From a virus (taxonomy: Duplodnaviria; Caudoviricetes), in the IMG/VR virus record IMGVR_UViG_3300016476_001554, positions 7,123-71,122 of that record: a DNA stretch of 64,000 nt, one strand, 5' to 3'. The notes under the pieces are model-generated. The model ran no database searches and was not told the origin of the DNA. It worked only from the letters and a program-made list of their open reading frames with translations. A program made the position numbers and the translations under genes. Within the stretch, counting starts at the first letter, position 1. Every line of letters starts with the position of its first letter. This document shows positions 48,582-58,620 of this stretch, in pieces.

Positions 48582-51500
48582 ATTTCTACTCTTTTAAATT
48601 GTGTATTTCTAGAAAAATTAATAAAACCTCCATCATTTTTTTCAAATTTAGCAACAAAAACGCTATTTTCTAAAAGTTCTGGCTTTATTTTCTTAGCTAA
48701 AGGATCAAAAACCCTTAAAGTCGTGCTGTTTATACCATCTCCCACACGCAAAACCAAATACTCGCTACCAGTTTTTGATATCATAACTTTAAACTCCTCT
48801 AGGACAAAGAAATACCAACCCTCATCTTCAAAGTTTATTACATTATCTATAGGTCTTTTAGATTTTTCATTTATAACTTTTTTGATTTTCATCATAAATT
48901 GAATTTTTTCTAAATCAAAATTACAAACCTCTATAAATTCAGCTCTTTTTTGCTCTTCAGTTGTTTTTATATAATGACCTATATCATCAGTTTTAATATC
49001 AAATTCTTTCGAGCTCATGTCAAACAAAGACATTTGATTTGCCACTACGACTTTTTTCTTTTTCTTCTCTCTTAATGACATCAAATAATCTCTAGACTCT
49101 GACCAATCATCAAAAACACCTGCTTTCAAACAAGATTCAAAAGCTTTTTTGTTAAACTTAGAAAAAGGAAAATCATAAAATTCTGAAACACTAATAGTTT
49201 CCAAATTTTTATTTTTTTGAGCTAAAAAACTACACAATTCTTGATATGCTATATCACCTAAACCATTAATCCCTGAAAAGCCCATAGATATTTCTTTTTC
49301 TCCTGTCATAGTCCAATTCCAACCAGACTTTCTAGATGGAGGAGATATAACAATTCCTTTAGACATAGCAGATGCAATTGCTGCTGCTAACCAAGCTTGT
49401 TCTTTTTCTTTACCTCCACTTGTTTTGGGGTGATTCAAAAGTGCAGTATAAAACTCAGTAGGGTAATAATGTTTTAAATATAAAGTTTGCATAGCAAGGT
49501 ATGCATACGCTGTTGAATGTGACTTGTTGAATGAGTAACCCAAATATTTAATTACCCAATCTTTAATAATATCTACTTCTTCAGCTTTGTATCCGTTTTT
49601 AACAGCACCCTCAATAAATTTATTCCAATATTTTTCAAATTCAGAATAATTATCTTGTTCTTTTTTATTTAAAGTTTCACCAGCAGACTTCTTCATGATA
49701 GCTGAACTAGCCTTATCCATATATCTACGAAGCATATCTCCTTCACCCAAACTCATGCCTCCAATTTTATTTGCCAAAAACATAAGCTGCTCTTGATAAA
49801 TCAATACCCCATTTGTTTCACTCAAAATAGTTTCAAGAGCTGGATGTACATATTTGATATTTTCAGGGTGAAATTTATTTTTAATAAACTCCTCATGAGC
49901 ACCGATACCCATAGGCCCTGGTCTATAAAGAGCGTTAGCTGCAGTAAGTTCTGCAAAACTCTCTGTTGACATTCCTCTAATCAAAGCATTCATCCCGGGA
50001 CTTTCAAACTGAAATATACCATGATTCATGCCTAGCCTTAATTCAATAAACAAATTAGGGTCTTTTATATTTACGTTTCTTACTTTTTCGGTAATATCGT
50101 ATCCACGCTTTTCTTTAACAACTCTAATAGTATCTTCAATTACATTTAAAGTCTCAAGTTTTAATCTATCCAACTTAAGAATATTAAGTTCAGATAAATC
50201 TTTTCCACTTTTATCAGCTTCTTGAAAAGCTGTTACAATACTTTTATTAGAAGCAATAATATTTGTTGGTAAATACTCCCAACAAGGACCAGGTGTAATT
50301 ACTATACCTGCTGCGTGTTGACCAATACCTCTAATTTGACCTTGTAATTTTAATGTCTGATCTAATATTTTTCTATTACTCTTATCTGTTAGCCACATCC
50401 TTACTCTGTCTGAACAAGCAGGGTCGTTTGGCCATCTCTCAAACCAATCACCTAAAGAGTATTCGACTTTATCAAAGTTCGGCATTTCTTTAGTAACAGC
50501 ATGAACATCAGACTCAAAACCAGTTTCTTCGTCTCCAAAATGAGCTCTTACAACATCCTTTAAACATCCTTTTTCGTTAAATGTAGAAAAAGTAGAAACG
50601 CTTAAAACACGATTTTTACCATATTTTTCATGTAAAAAACCATTAGTAATATGGTCTGTGCCTGTCATAAAATCTACATCAATATCTGGTAATCCCTTAC
50701 GAGTAGGATTTAAAAACCTTTCAAAGTACAAATCAAACCTTATAGGGTCTATATCTGTAATCTCTAAACACCAAGACAATAAACATCCTCCAGCAGAACC
50801 ACGTGATGGTCCAATATTATAACCCTTTTGTCTGTAATCTCTAATTAACTCCCAATAAACCAAAAAGTAATCTAATGTATTTTTCTCCTTAATTACCTCT
50901 AGTTCATATATCAACCTATCATTATATTCTTTTTCTTTTTCTGGAGTTATATCAACTAAACCATTTTCTTTGTATTTTGCTAACTTTTGTTTTAATTTTC
51001 CAAAAGCTAATCTTGTAATAATAGTCTCTGTATCATCTGTCTTAAAATAACCAGAAACATCTGGGGTTGCTTCGTATTTTGGATATTTTTCTGTTTTTGT
51101 ATCAAACTCATAATTTAACTTCTCAGCAACTTTAAGAGTGTTATCTAAGCACATATCAACAAAAGACTCTGGATAGTTAAATCCAAATTGTTTATTGAAA
51201 TTATGAAAATCATCTACATTTGCATAGTAAAGATTTCTCGTATTGAGCTTAAATGAATTTCCTAATTTTGATTTTTGATTTATAGCAATAAGAGTATCTT
51301 GAAGTTCGGCATCTTCTTTGAAAGCGTAATGAACATCATTTGTAAGTATAGGCATGAGGCTATACTTTTTAATCATCTTTAAAAGCCAGCTATTATAAAC
51401 TTTTTGACCTTCATATTCATTAAATTGTAATTCAGCAACCAAATTATCTCCAAACTCTCTCATAAGACCTTTTAAATATTCTTCAGCCTCACTCTCTTTA

Positions 51501-52120
51501 CCTTCAAGAACCAATTTAGACATATGGCTTACAGCACAAGAAGTTGTCAAAAACAAACCTTGTTTATGTTCAAATAACCATTCGGTTTTAATTCTACCTC
51601 TTTTATAAAACCCTTCATCGTAAGAGCGATAAGCTAATCTATTTATATTAACAAACCCCTCTTGGTTCATAACAAATATAGACTGATGAGAATTTCCACC
51701 TTCATATTTCTTCTCTTCAAACTCTCCTTGCCTATCATTTACATAAGCCTCCATTCCCATAATCGACTTTATACCACCAGCTTTACATTTTTTAAAAAGC
51801 TCGTAAGTACCCGAAAGTGTACCATGATCAGTTAGAGCTATTGCTGGGTGATTATATTCTTTTGCAAGTTTAACATAATTATCTATACTTCCACATCCAT
51901 CCAATATAGAATGAAACGAATGACAATGTAAGTGAACCATAGGTCTCTTCCTCCTATCCTCCTCTTCTTTTAAATAATTTTTTAATTCATATTTTTTCTC
52001 TTCAAACTTTTCAAATGCTTGATTTACAGACAATTTATATAGTTCAGTTAGCTCATCTTTATATATATGCTCTTTCCCACAATTACAATTTTTTTGACTA
52101 CACACTTGATTTTGAGACAT
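48578..52120 (-). CDS. dnaE: DNA polymerase III alpha subunit (family C)
   Basis: PHP HLHCHSFHSILDG, RGSAGG, PDIDVDF, GQHAAGIV, GIFQFES, YSFNKSHS; no intein seen. Confidence 0.96.
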   Translation of the reverse strand: MSQNQVCSQKNCNCGKEHIYKDELTELYKLSVNQAFEKFEEKKYELKNYLKEEEDRRKRPMVHLHCHSFHSILDGCGSIDNYVKLAKEYNHPAIALTDHGTLSGTYELFKKCKAGGIKSIMGMEAYVNDRQGEFEEKKYEGGNSHQSIFVMNQEGFVNINRLAYRSYDEGFYKRGRIKTEWLFEHKQGLFLTTSCAVSHMSKLVLEGKESEAEEYLKGLMREFGDNLVAELQFNEYEGQKVYNSWLLKMIKKYSLMPILTNDVHYAFKEDAELQDTLIAINQKSKLGNSFKLNTRNLYYANVDDFHNFNKQFGFNYPESFVDMCLDNTLKVAEKLNYEFDTKTEKYPKYEATPDVSGYFKTDDTETIITRLAFGKLKQKLAKYKENGLVDITPEKEKEYNDRLIYELEVIKEKNTLDYFLVYWELIRDYRQKGYNIGPSRGSAGGCLLSWCLEITDIDPIRFDLYFERFLNPTRKGLPDIDVDFMTGTDHITNGFLHEKYGKNRVLSVSTFSTFNEKGCLKDVVRAHFGDEETGFESDVHAVTKEMPNFDKVEYSLGDWFERWPNDPACSDRVRMWLTDKSNRKILDQTLKLQGQIRGIGQHAAGIVITPGPCWEYLPTNIIASNKSIVTAFQEADKSGKDLSELNILKLDRLKLETLNVIEDTIRVVKEKRGYDITEKVRNVNIKDPNLFIELRLGMNHGIFQFESPGMNALIRGMSTESFAELTAANALYRPGPMGIGAHEEFIKNKFHPENIKYVHPALETILSETNGVLIYQEQLMFLANKIGGMSLGEGDMLRRYMDKASSAIMKKSAGETLNKKEQDNYSEFEKYWNKFIEGAVKNGYKAEEVDIIKDWVIKYLGYSFNKSHSTAYAYLAMQTLYLKHYYPTEFYTALLNHPKTSGGKEKEQAWLAAAIASAMSKGIVISPPSRKSGWNWTMTGEKEISMGFSGINGLGDIAYQELCSFLAQKNKNLETISVSEFYDFPFSKFNKKAFESCLKAGVFDDWSESRDYLMSLREKKKKKVVVANQMSLFDMSSKEFDIKTDDIGHYIKTTEEQKRAEFIEVCNFDLEKIQFMMKIKKVINEKSKRPIDNVINFEDEGWYFFVLEEFKVMISKTGSEYLVLRVGDGINSTTLRVFDPLAKKIKPELLENSVFVAKFEKNDGGFINFSRNTQFKRVEI

Positions 52121-52151
52121 AAAAAATATATTTTTTTAATATTTATTAATA

Positions 52152-52182
52152 CAAATATAAATATAATGTTTGAATTATCAAA
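52152..52182 (-). promoter_or_regulatory. Bacteroidota sigma-A-type promoter for dnaE
   Basis: TTTG (52179-52182), 19 nt, TATATTTG (52152-52159). Confidence 0.6.
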
Positions 52183-53350
52183 AAAATTAAAAGAAAGAAG
52201 TTTAGAAAAAATGTCTTTACCATCTTTAAAAACATTCTTCAAAGAAAATAAATCACTATATAATGAATTTAAAAGTTATTGGTCAATACTTGATCCTAAT
52301 CATTCAAGAAACACAAAACAAAAAGTAATCGACACAATAGCGGCGTTTCCTTCAAAAGAAAACATTAAAAATCACATTGAACAATACCTAATTGATTCAC
52401 AAGGAGAGGTATCTCCAAGTAAAATATCACTCTTAAACAAAATCAATCCTAACTTTAATAATATTATTATAGAACATACAAAAACTTTTCCAATTGATTT
52501 TAAAATAGTTGGTCGTTGTGAATTAATAAGAAAAGATATTACTGAATTTCCTAAATGTAAAAACTGTAACAATCCTGTAAGTTGGGCAAACTCATCTAAA
52601 TTGTTAAATTTTTGCTCAAAAGAATGTTCAGATAATTCAGATTTTATAAAAAACAAAAAAAGCGATACTATATTAAAACTATATGGTGTAAAGAGCTATA
52701 CTGAATCTAATGAATTTAAATTAAAATCTAAAAACACTAAAAAAGAAAGATATGGTAATGAAAGTTTTACAAATAGAGAAAAAGCTAAAGAAACCTGGGT
52801 TAATTTGTATGGCGTAGATAACCCACTAAAAGATAAAGATATTAGAAAAAAAGCAAAAAAAACTATGAAGTTAAAATATGGTGTTGAGAATTATGTGGAA
52901 CATAATGATTTTAGGGCTAAATCTGAAAAATCTTGTCTAAAAAAATTTGGATTTAGAAATCAAACCCAAAACCCTAAAATATACGAAAAAATTTTAAAAT
53001 CACTTCATAGAGTTAAAAAATATAAGGACACAAATATTCTATACCAATCTTCCTATGAATTGTTCTTCTTAGAACTTATGGAGGAACGAGGATTATTAAA
53101 AGAGATTAAAAAACCAAAAAGATTCACTTATGAGTTTAACAATGAAACTTGTATATATAACCCAGATTTTCTATTTAAAGGTACAACAATAGAAATTAAA
53201 TCAACTTGGACATATAACAGAAATGGTGCGGATAAAACTTTAGAAGCTAAAAATCACGCAAAATGGGATTCAGTTAAATCCGTAGGAGAAAACATCGTTA
53301 TATTAATGAATAAAAAAGAAATAAAAAATTTTGTTAAAACACTAAATTAA
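52166..53350 (+). mobile_element. Free-standing homing-endonuclease-like gene (zinc finger, KxTxxxxYGVxN repeats, PD-(D/E)xK nuclease)
   Basis: CKNC...CSKEC; repeats KLYGVKS/ERYGNE/NLYGVDN/LKYGVEN; YNPDF...IEIKS; start moved to ATG 52166, 18 nt below TATTTATT (52140-52147). Confidence 0.75.
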
Positions 53351-53490
53351 ACATTGTTTTCTTTAAAAATAATCATTAATTTTTCAATTAATTCTTTAAC
53401 TTTAAATCCGTTTCTATTGGCAATCTTTTTAAAATCTTCATATATTTCTTTATCAACCAAAACTGACTTTAAATCTTTTTTTGCTTTCAT
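53347..53490 (-). CDS. Ribbon-helix-helix protein, not in ORF track
   Basis: MKAKKDLKSVLVDKEIYEDFKKIANRNGFKVKELIEKLMIIFKENNV (47 aa); TATATTTG (53495-53502) 4 nt upstream. Confidence 0.75.
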   Translation of the reverse strand: MKAKKDLKSVLVDKEIYEDFKKIANRNGFKVKELIEKLMIIFKENNV

Positions 53491-53509
53491 AACACAAATA
53501 TACAAAAAA

Positions 53510-53533
53510 AAAGTGACTATTCGTAGTCACTTT
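53510..53533 (-). terminator. Intrinsic terminator of the terminase-portal run
   Basis: AAAGTGACTA-TTCG-TAGTCACTTT with adjacent A tract on plus strand. Confidence 0.8.
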
Positions 53534-53762
53534 CATAATCTTGTTTAGTTTTTAAAATTTTCCTTGAAATATTTGGTATTAATTCTTTTTTTAAAAGGGC
53601 TAATTTTTTTCTAGCCCTCTTACCTTTATATTTAACTTTTCTATTACCCAAGAAGGCGTTTATATCTTGTTCTATTTGATCTATAATAGATTTAAGCTCT
53701 GCAAAATCTTTTTTGATTTTGTATGTATCATTTATATTTAGCCAACCAGGATATTTTTCCAT
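53517..53762 (-). CDS. Small basic protein, possibly Hc1/histone-H1-like
   Basis: IEQDINAFLGNRKVKYKGKRARKKL resembles the KF..GNKAAGTRARK pattern recalled for Bacteroidota histone H1-like proteins. Confidence 0.45.
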   Translation of the reverse strand: MEKYPGWLNINDTYKIKKDFAELKSIIDQIEQDINAFLGNRKVKYKGKRARKKLALLKKELIPNISRKILKTKQDYESDYE

Positions 53763-55966
53763 TATTTTTCTTTTTGTTCTTCAGAGTCTTCGATATTCTC
53801 TTCTATTATTTCTTCATTTATATCAATTTCTTCTATAAAATCTTCTGATAAAACTTCATCTTCACTAAATTCAACTTCTTCTTTTTTAAATCCAAAACCA
53901 GTAACTTTATTTCCACTCATCATCTCTTCTAGATGCTGAAACATTGAGTTTGTCTTATCTATTACAATATTACTTCTCTCAAAAAGTGTATTTTTACTTT
54001 TATCAGCTTGGAATTTTTTTGTATTCTCGATTCTTTCTACTTGCTTTGTTTCATCTAAACTAACTTGAATATTATCAATCATTTTTTGAATTTTATAATT
54101 CAATTTTTTATTTTGATTTAATAACTTATTTTCTTTCTCTTCCCTCTCAGCTAATGTTGGTGCATCCGTTGTATCACCTAATAAATCAAGTAATAAATCT
54201 TCAGTGTTTTTGTCAGACTCTTTTAAAACTCTTTTTATTATATTATTTCTATTTTCTGCCAATGGTGCTTCGGGTGCTCCTCCAGCCTCAGGTGCTCCTC
54301 CAGTCTCAGGCGCTCCTCCAACTTCAGGTGATCCACCGCCTGCTTCCATACCTCCAAGTTGACTTCCTAATTCTATATTTCCTAAGCCTCCTAATGCGCC
54401 GCCACCGCCGCCGCCACCACCTTCTTCACCTGTGGTAGCCGCTCCAGTACCTATAGCTCCTGGAATTTCATATTTTTCATCTAGCTCTCTAAATAAACCA
54501 ATTTTCTTATAAGTTTCAACAGAAGCATCAATTTCTGCAAATATTTTCTTTTCAACTTTTTTCTGTTTCAAAATAAGTTTTATTTCCGCTTTAGAAAATC
54601 CTAAAATATTTTCCATAGCCCAAGTATAAGAAACTGGAGAATTGGCTTCTGAATTATACATCTCTTTGAACACTTCCATTCTAGCTTTCATCGTTTCTAG
54701 CTTCAACAATTCTTGTTGAGTTGATGGGTTTGTAAGTGTTAAAGTAAAGTTATCTATTTCATCTTTAAGACCTGAAAAGAAAAGATGAATATTAGCAATC
54801 CTTCTAAGCTCTAACAATACAACTTCTTGTATGGAATTTATTGTTCTTGCAAATCTTAAGTCTGCCTGAGAAAGTGTTGATCCCCCAGGTAGATTTTCTG
54901 CATAATTTAAGTACGCTTTTGGAACTTGTAATGATGCGAATAATTTATTTTGTAAATACTCAATATCTTGAATATCTCCCATATTTGATGCTCCAGGTAA
55001 TGTATCAATTTTAGAAGACTTATCACCTCTAATAGGAATAAAATAATCTTCTGTAATATTCATTGGGTCATACTTTAGATTATACTGACCATTCCTAGAA
55101 TCAACAACTGGCTGTTTCTTTATTTGGTTTTGTATTTTCATGATGTATGTTTGAACATCTTGATCTCCCAAATTACCAACTTCAATATAAAACACTCTTC
55201 TCTCTGGCGCTCTAGTTATACGATAAACTAACATTGAATCCTCTGCTAACTGCAATTGTTTCCACAATTTTCTAGCAGGATCTAACATAGAACGGCCATA
55301 AGGCAATTTTTTAGTGTCCTCTAATATTCTAAAGTGTGCAACTTGCCAATCTTCAAGATACATACCCATAGTTTCCCAGCGAAATCTTACGCTATCAGGA
55401 TTTCCATCATAAGCTTCTTCTCTATGAACTTCTTCCACAGGTAAAGATAAGAAATTATATATTCCATCATTCTTATCTATTTCAAGATACACGAAGTAAT
55501 CTCCGTATTTGATTAAATCACGAATCCAAAGCTTTAAATTATAATCTACATTTATTCTAGTTCCGAATAAATCTTTAAGAATTTGTTTTACTCTTGAATT
55601 TTCAGAATATATATCCAATATATTTCCTCGTTCATTTCTAGTTAAACATTCATCTCTTATAATATTAAGCGCAGCGGCGATTTCTGGAGACATATCCATG
55701 GCTCTAAAATCTTGATATGCACTAAGTCTATCTGTATCGAAATAAATAGATCTAGTATATAAATTATGTGCTATCTTGTTAACCTGCCAATCTAGAAATT
55801 GCTGTTGCATTTCTTCCATTGGATTATAACCGCCATTCACCAAGTCACCAGGTTTGTTTGGAACAAACTGAGCAGAAGCTGGCATTGTAGGTGTTCTTTT
55901 TTTACCTTTATTTATTGCATCTACAACTCCTTGGAATATACTTTGCGGTTTTTTATCTTCAGCCAT
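53762..55966 (-). CDS. Portal protein (T4 gp20-like) with long C-terminal extension
   Basis: MDMSPEIAAAL, YGRSML, YRITRAPERRVFYIEVGNL, EDYFIP.RG. Confidence 0.93.
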   Translation of the reverse strand: MAEDKKPQSIFQGVVDAINKGKKRTPTMPASAQFVPNKPGDLVNGGYNPMEEMQQQFLDWQVNKIAHNLYTRSIYFDTDRLSAYQDFRAMDMSPEIAAALNIIRDECLTRNERGNILDIYSENSRVKQILKDLFGTRINVDYNLKLWIRDLIKYGDYFVYLEIDKNDGIYNFLSLPVEEVHREEAYDGNPDSVRFRWETMGMYLEDWQVAHFRILEDTKKLPYGRSMLDPARKLWKQLQLAEDSMLVYRITRAPERRVFYIEVGNLGDQDVQTYIMKIQNQIKKQPVVDSRNGQYNLKYDPMNITEDYFIPIRGDKSSKIDTLPGASNMGDIQDIEYLQNKLFASLQVPKAYLNYAENLPGGSTLSQADLRFARTINSIQEVVLLELRRIANIHLFFSGLKDEIDNFTLTLTNPSTQQELLKLETMKARMEVFKEMYNSEANSPVSYTWAMENILGFSKAEIKLILKQKKVEKKIFAEIDASVETYKKIGLFRELDEKYEIPGAIGTGAATTGEEGGGGGGGGALGGLGNIELGSQLGGMEAGGGSPEVGGAPETGGAPEAGGAPEAPLAENRNNIIKRVLKESDKNTEDLLLDLLGDTTDAPTLAEREEKENKLLNQNKKLNYKIQKMIDNIQVSLDETKQVERIENTKKFQADKSKNTLFERSNIVIDKTNSMFQHLEEMMSGNKVTGFGFKKEEVEFSEDEVLSEDFIEEIDINEEIIEENIEDSEEQKEK
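54273..54326. repeat. Three 18-bp tandem repeats encoding E(V/T/A)GGAP in the portal tail
   Basis: GG(T/C)GCTCCTCCA units. Confidence 0.8.
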
Positions 55967-56007
55967 TTTTTGTATTTTTTTAAATATAAGTAATTAAGCG
56001 TGTAAAA

Positions 56008-57729
56008 TCAATTTTTTAACAACCAATCTAAATCATTATCATCTGAATCCGTAAAAGAAGACCCTAAAAACAACCCACTTCCTCCATCTGGAACTGTAAT
56101 GTCTTTTTTGTTTTGTGGGTTATTATAATCTATTTTACCCATCATATTATTTGAATTAAAAGATATTGCACTAAGCATGGATTTATATAACCCATCTGTT
56201 GCAACTATATTATTATATTCATTATCTCTAACATACAAGGCTAGACCTAAACCAAATATTAAATCATCATTGAAACCTGGTTCATGTTGAGGTTTGTTAT
56301 TAACCATTACAAATGTTGAAAATTCAGAAGTAAGCCTAGGAGAATGAAGTATTAAAGAATTTTCTCTCATATGTTGTATAATAGAAGCCACTACTAATGG
56401 TCTAGTTTTCATTGTAGTTTGAAACCCTGGTATTTCAGTACCCTCATTTACTTTATAATCATATGGTCTAACATGTATATCTTGAACATTTTTAGAAAAG
56501 AACATTCTTTTATATTGCAATTGATCTCTCAATGTAAGTGCAACGTGTAAACCAAAAGAGTTGCACTCTACAACTAAATAAGCTGTATTATATACTCTAC
56601 CAACCCAATCAATTAAATAAGGAAATAAATCCACACCTACTTTATCTCTGTATTCTGCAACTTGTTCTAAAGTATCTGCATCTAAAACTTGTATCGTTGA
56701 ATAATCTTTACCATCTCCACGAGCAACGTCACAACCAACTATATATTGTTTACCCTCCTCAGGTCTTTTCCAGACATGAAAAGCTGTTTCATCTAATATA
56801 AAATTACCAGCCTCTGCTGTTCCTTTAAATGCAAAATCGTATTTGATGTAGAAATTTGGTTTTTGACCTCTAACTCTTTTTTCATATTTATCAATAAGTT
56901 GCTGTTCAATAACAAGATATTTAGATCCCTCAAAAGATAAATCAAGCTCTTGAGCAATCTTAACACTATCATAATTCATTCTTCTACATTGTTCTTCATA
57001 CCAAGGACTCCACGGAAATTCTTCTCCATTGACATTTTTATTAATTTGTAAACCTACAGAAGATTGTGGATTTTCAGTCCAATGAACAGTTAATGGAGTA
57101 AAATCATTTTCTTTTTTAGTAGCACCCACCCACGTCTTATGATATAAATTACCAGTTCCGTTGGGTGTGGATATCATTATACACTTTCCTTTTGTGGCAG
57201 ACAATGCCATACCTGCCGCCATCCAAATAGCCTCAGCATCTTTAATAAAAGCTGTCTCATCCAATACAAGCATAGTCAATGAATCTCCACGACCAGCATC
57301 TGGAGATGATGCCTTTGCTTGAACCCATGATCCATTTGAAAAAACTAGTTTTCTTCTATTGTTTAACAATATAGCTTCTGGCTGAAGCCAGTTTGGCGTA
57401 TTTTGGATGAATTGTTTCACTGTTTCTAAGAATCTTTCAGCACCATTACCATCATTGGCAACAATTAAAATTCTTTCATCGTATCTAAACATTAATCTCC
57501 AAGCAACATAACCTGCTGTAATAACAGAAAGGCCTGTTTGTCTAGATTTTAATATAATGGAGTTTTGATTTTTATGAAATACATTTACACATCTTTCTTG
57601 ATATTCGAAACACTTCATCTTTCTAACGCTTTTTGCCATAGCGTCAAAAACATAACCGTAATTATTTAAGAAATAAACAGGGCTTTTAGCACATTTTATG
57701 CGCTCTTGTAAAATATATTCAGAAGTCAT
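56008..57729 (-). CDS. Terminase large subunit (T4 gp17-like)
   Basis: KSRQTGLS, LVLDETAF, ISTPNG, GCDVARGDGKD, NDDL. Confidence 0.95.
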   Translation of the reverse strand: MTSEYILQERIKCAKSPVYFLNNYGYVFDAMAKSVRKMKCFEYQERCVNVFHKNQNSIILKSRQTGLSVITAGYVAWRLMFRYDERILIVANDGNGAERFLETVKQFIQNTPNWLQPEAILLNNRRKLVFSNGSWVQAKASSPDAGRGDSLTMLVLDETAFIKDAEAIWMAAGMALSATKGKCIMISTPNGTGNLYHKTWVGATKKENDFTPLTVHWTENPQSSVGLQINKNVNGEEFPWSPWYEEQCRRMNYDSVKIAQELDLSFEGSKYLVIEQQLIDKYEKRVRGQKPNFYIKYDFAFKGTAEAGNFILDETAFHVWKRPEEGKQYIVGCDVARGDGKDYSTIQVLDADTLEQVAEYRDKVGVDLFPYLIDWVGRVYNTAYLVVECNSFGLHVALTLRDQLQYKRMFFSKNVQDIHVRPYDYKVNEGTEIPGFQTTMKTRPLVVASIIQHMRENSLILHSPRLTSEFSTFVMVNNKPQHEPGFNDDLIFGLGLALYVRDNEYNNIVATDGLYKSMLSAISFNSNNMMGKIDYNNPQNKKDITVPDGGSGLFLGSSFTDSDDNDLDWLLKN

Positions 57730-57777
57730 TAATTATAAGCTTTCTTTGATAAATAGCTTACAATTATTTATTTTCTA

Positions 57778-58080
57778 TTACAGACCTATATAGATATTTG
57801 AGTCTATAGTTGGTTTTATTTCAACTATATTAGAAATAAAAATTACATTAGTGGAGTTGTTTTTAGCATAAAGTTGATATTGTCCATAAGAATCTCCAGA
57901 CCAAGAAAAAGTAAATACACCCCTAACTGAATCAGTTAAAGAATAATTAGGTGTATTTCCTGAATATGGTGAATCATTAAAAAACAATATACTATCAAAA
58001 GTTGCACCAGTAACAGGATGATTATCTACATCAAAAGATAATATCTGTTCATAAACTATTTCACCTATACCAACATTCAT
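57778..58080 (-). CDS. Hypothetical beta-rich protein
   Basis: 100 aa; TATTTATA at 58084-58091. Confidence 0.7.
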   Translation of the reverse strand: MNVGIGEIVYEQILSFDVDNHPVTGATFDSILFFNDSPYSGNTPNYSLTDSVRGVFTFSWSGDSYGQYQLYAKNNSTNVIFISNIVEIKPTIDSNIYIGL

Positions 58081-58099
58081 ATATATAAATATATTTTAA

Positions 58100-58585
58100 T
58101 TATTTATTAGTATTTTTTTTCTGAAAATATTTTTCACGCAAATCTTTTCTTGCTTTTGTATAATACCAAGCATCAATAGCATGTTGCTTTTGCCAAAATA
58201 CAAAATTTAATAATTTACTAAACCTTAAGCCAAATTTATTTAATTTGTCATCAATCTGTAATTTACCTATACTTGCAGAAACAGACATATCTCTATCTGT
58301 AAAAGTGGTATTCTCTTCGTTTGTTACCATATCTTCTATGATTTCTCCATTCACATTCCATGTTAAATCTAAACCATAAGCCGTTTCAAATATAATATGA
58401 CCTATTGCAAATAAAACACCATCTACTAACCTCCACCAAAACTTAAAAAAAGCATACCACTTTTTAAGAGTTATAGTAAGCCATATAGAATATCCAATAG
58501 AATACACAAAACCAATAGTCCACATTAAACACGTAACAAAAATAGCCCATAAAAGAGCCCAAATTGAAGTGAAGAATTCTTTCAT
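58100..58585 (-). CDS. Membrane protein of unknown function
   Basis: Trp-rich hydrophobic N-terminus, 161 aa. Confidence 0.7.
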   Translation of the reverse strand: MKEFFTSIWALLWAIFVTCLMWTIGFVYSIGYSIWLTITLKKWYAFFKFWWRLVDGVLFAIGHIIFETAYGLDLTWNVNGEIIEDMVTNEENTTFTDRDMSVSASIGKLQIDDKLNKFGLRFSKLLNFVFWQKQHAIDAWYYTKARKDLREKYFQKKNTNK

Positions 58586-58620
58586 AATAAATATTTATCA
58601 ATAAATATCTAAATAAATAT

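Noticed and set aside
53354-53548. Plus-strand 64 aa tracked ORF
   Set aside because: Antisense to the RHH gene 53347-53490 and crosses a terminator
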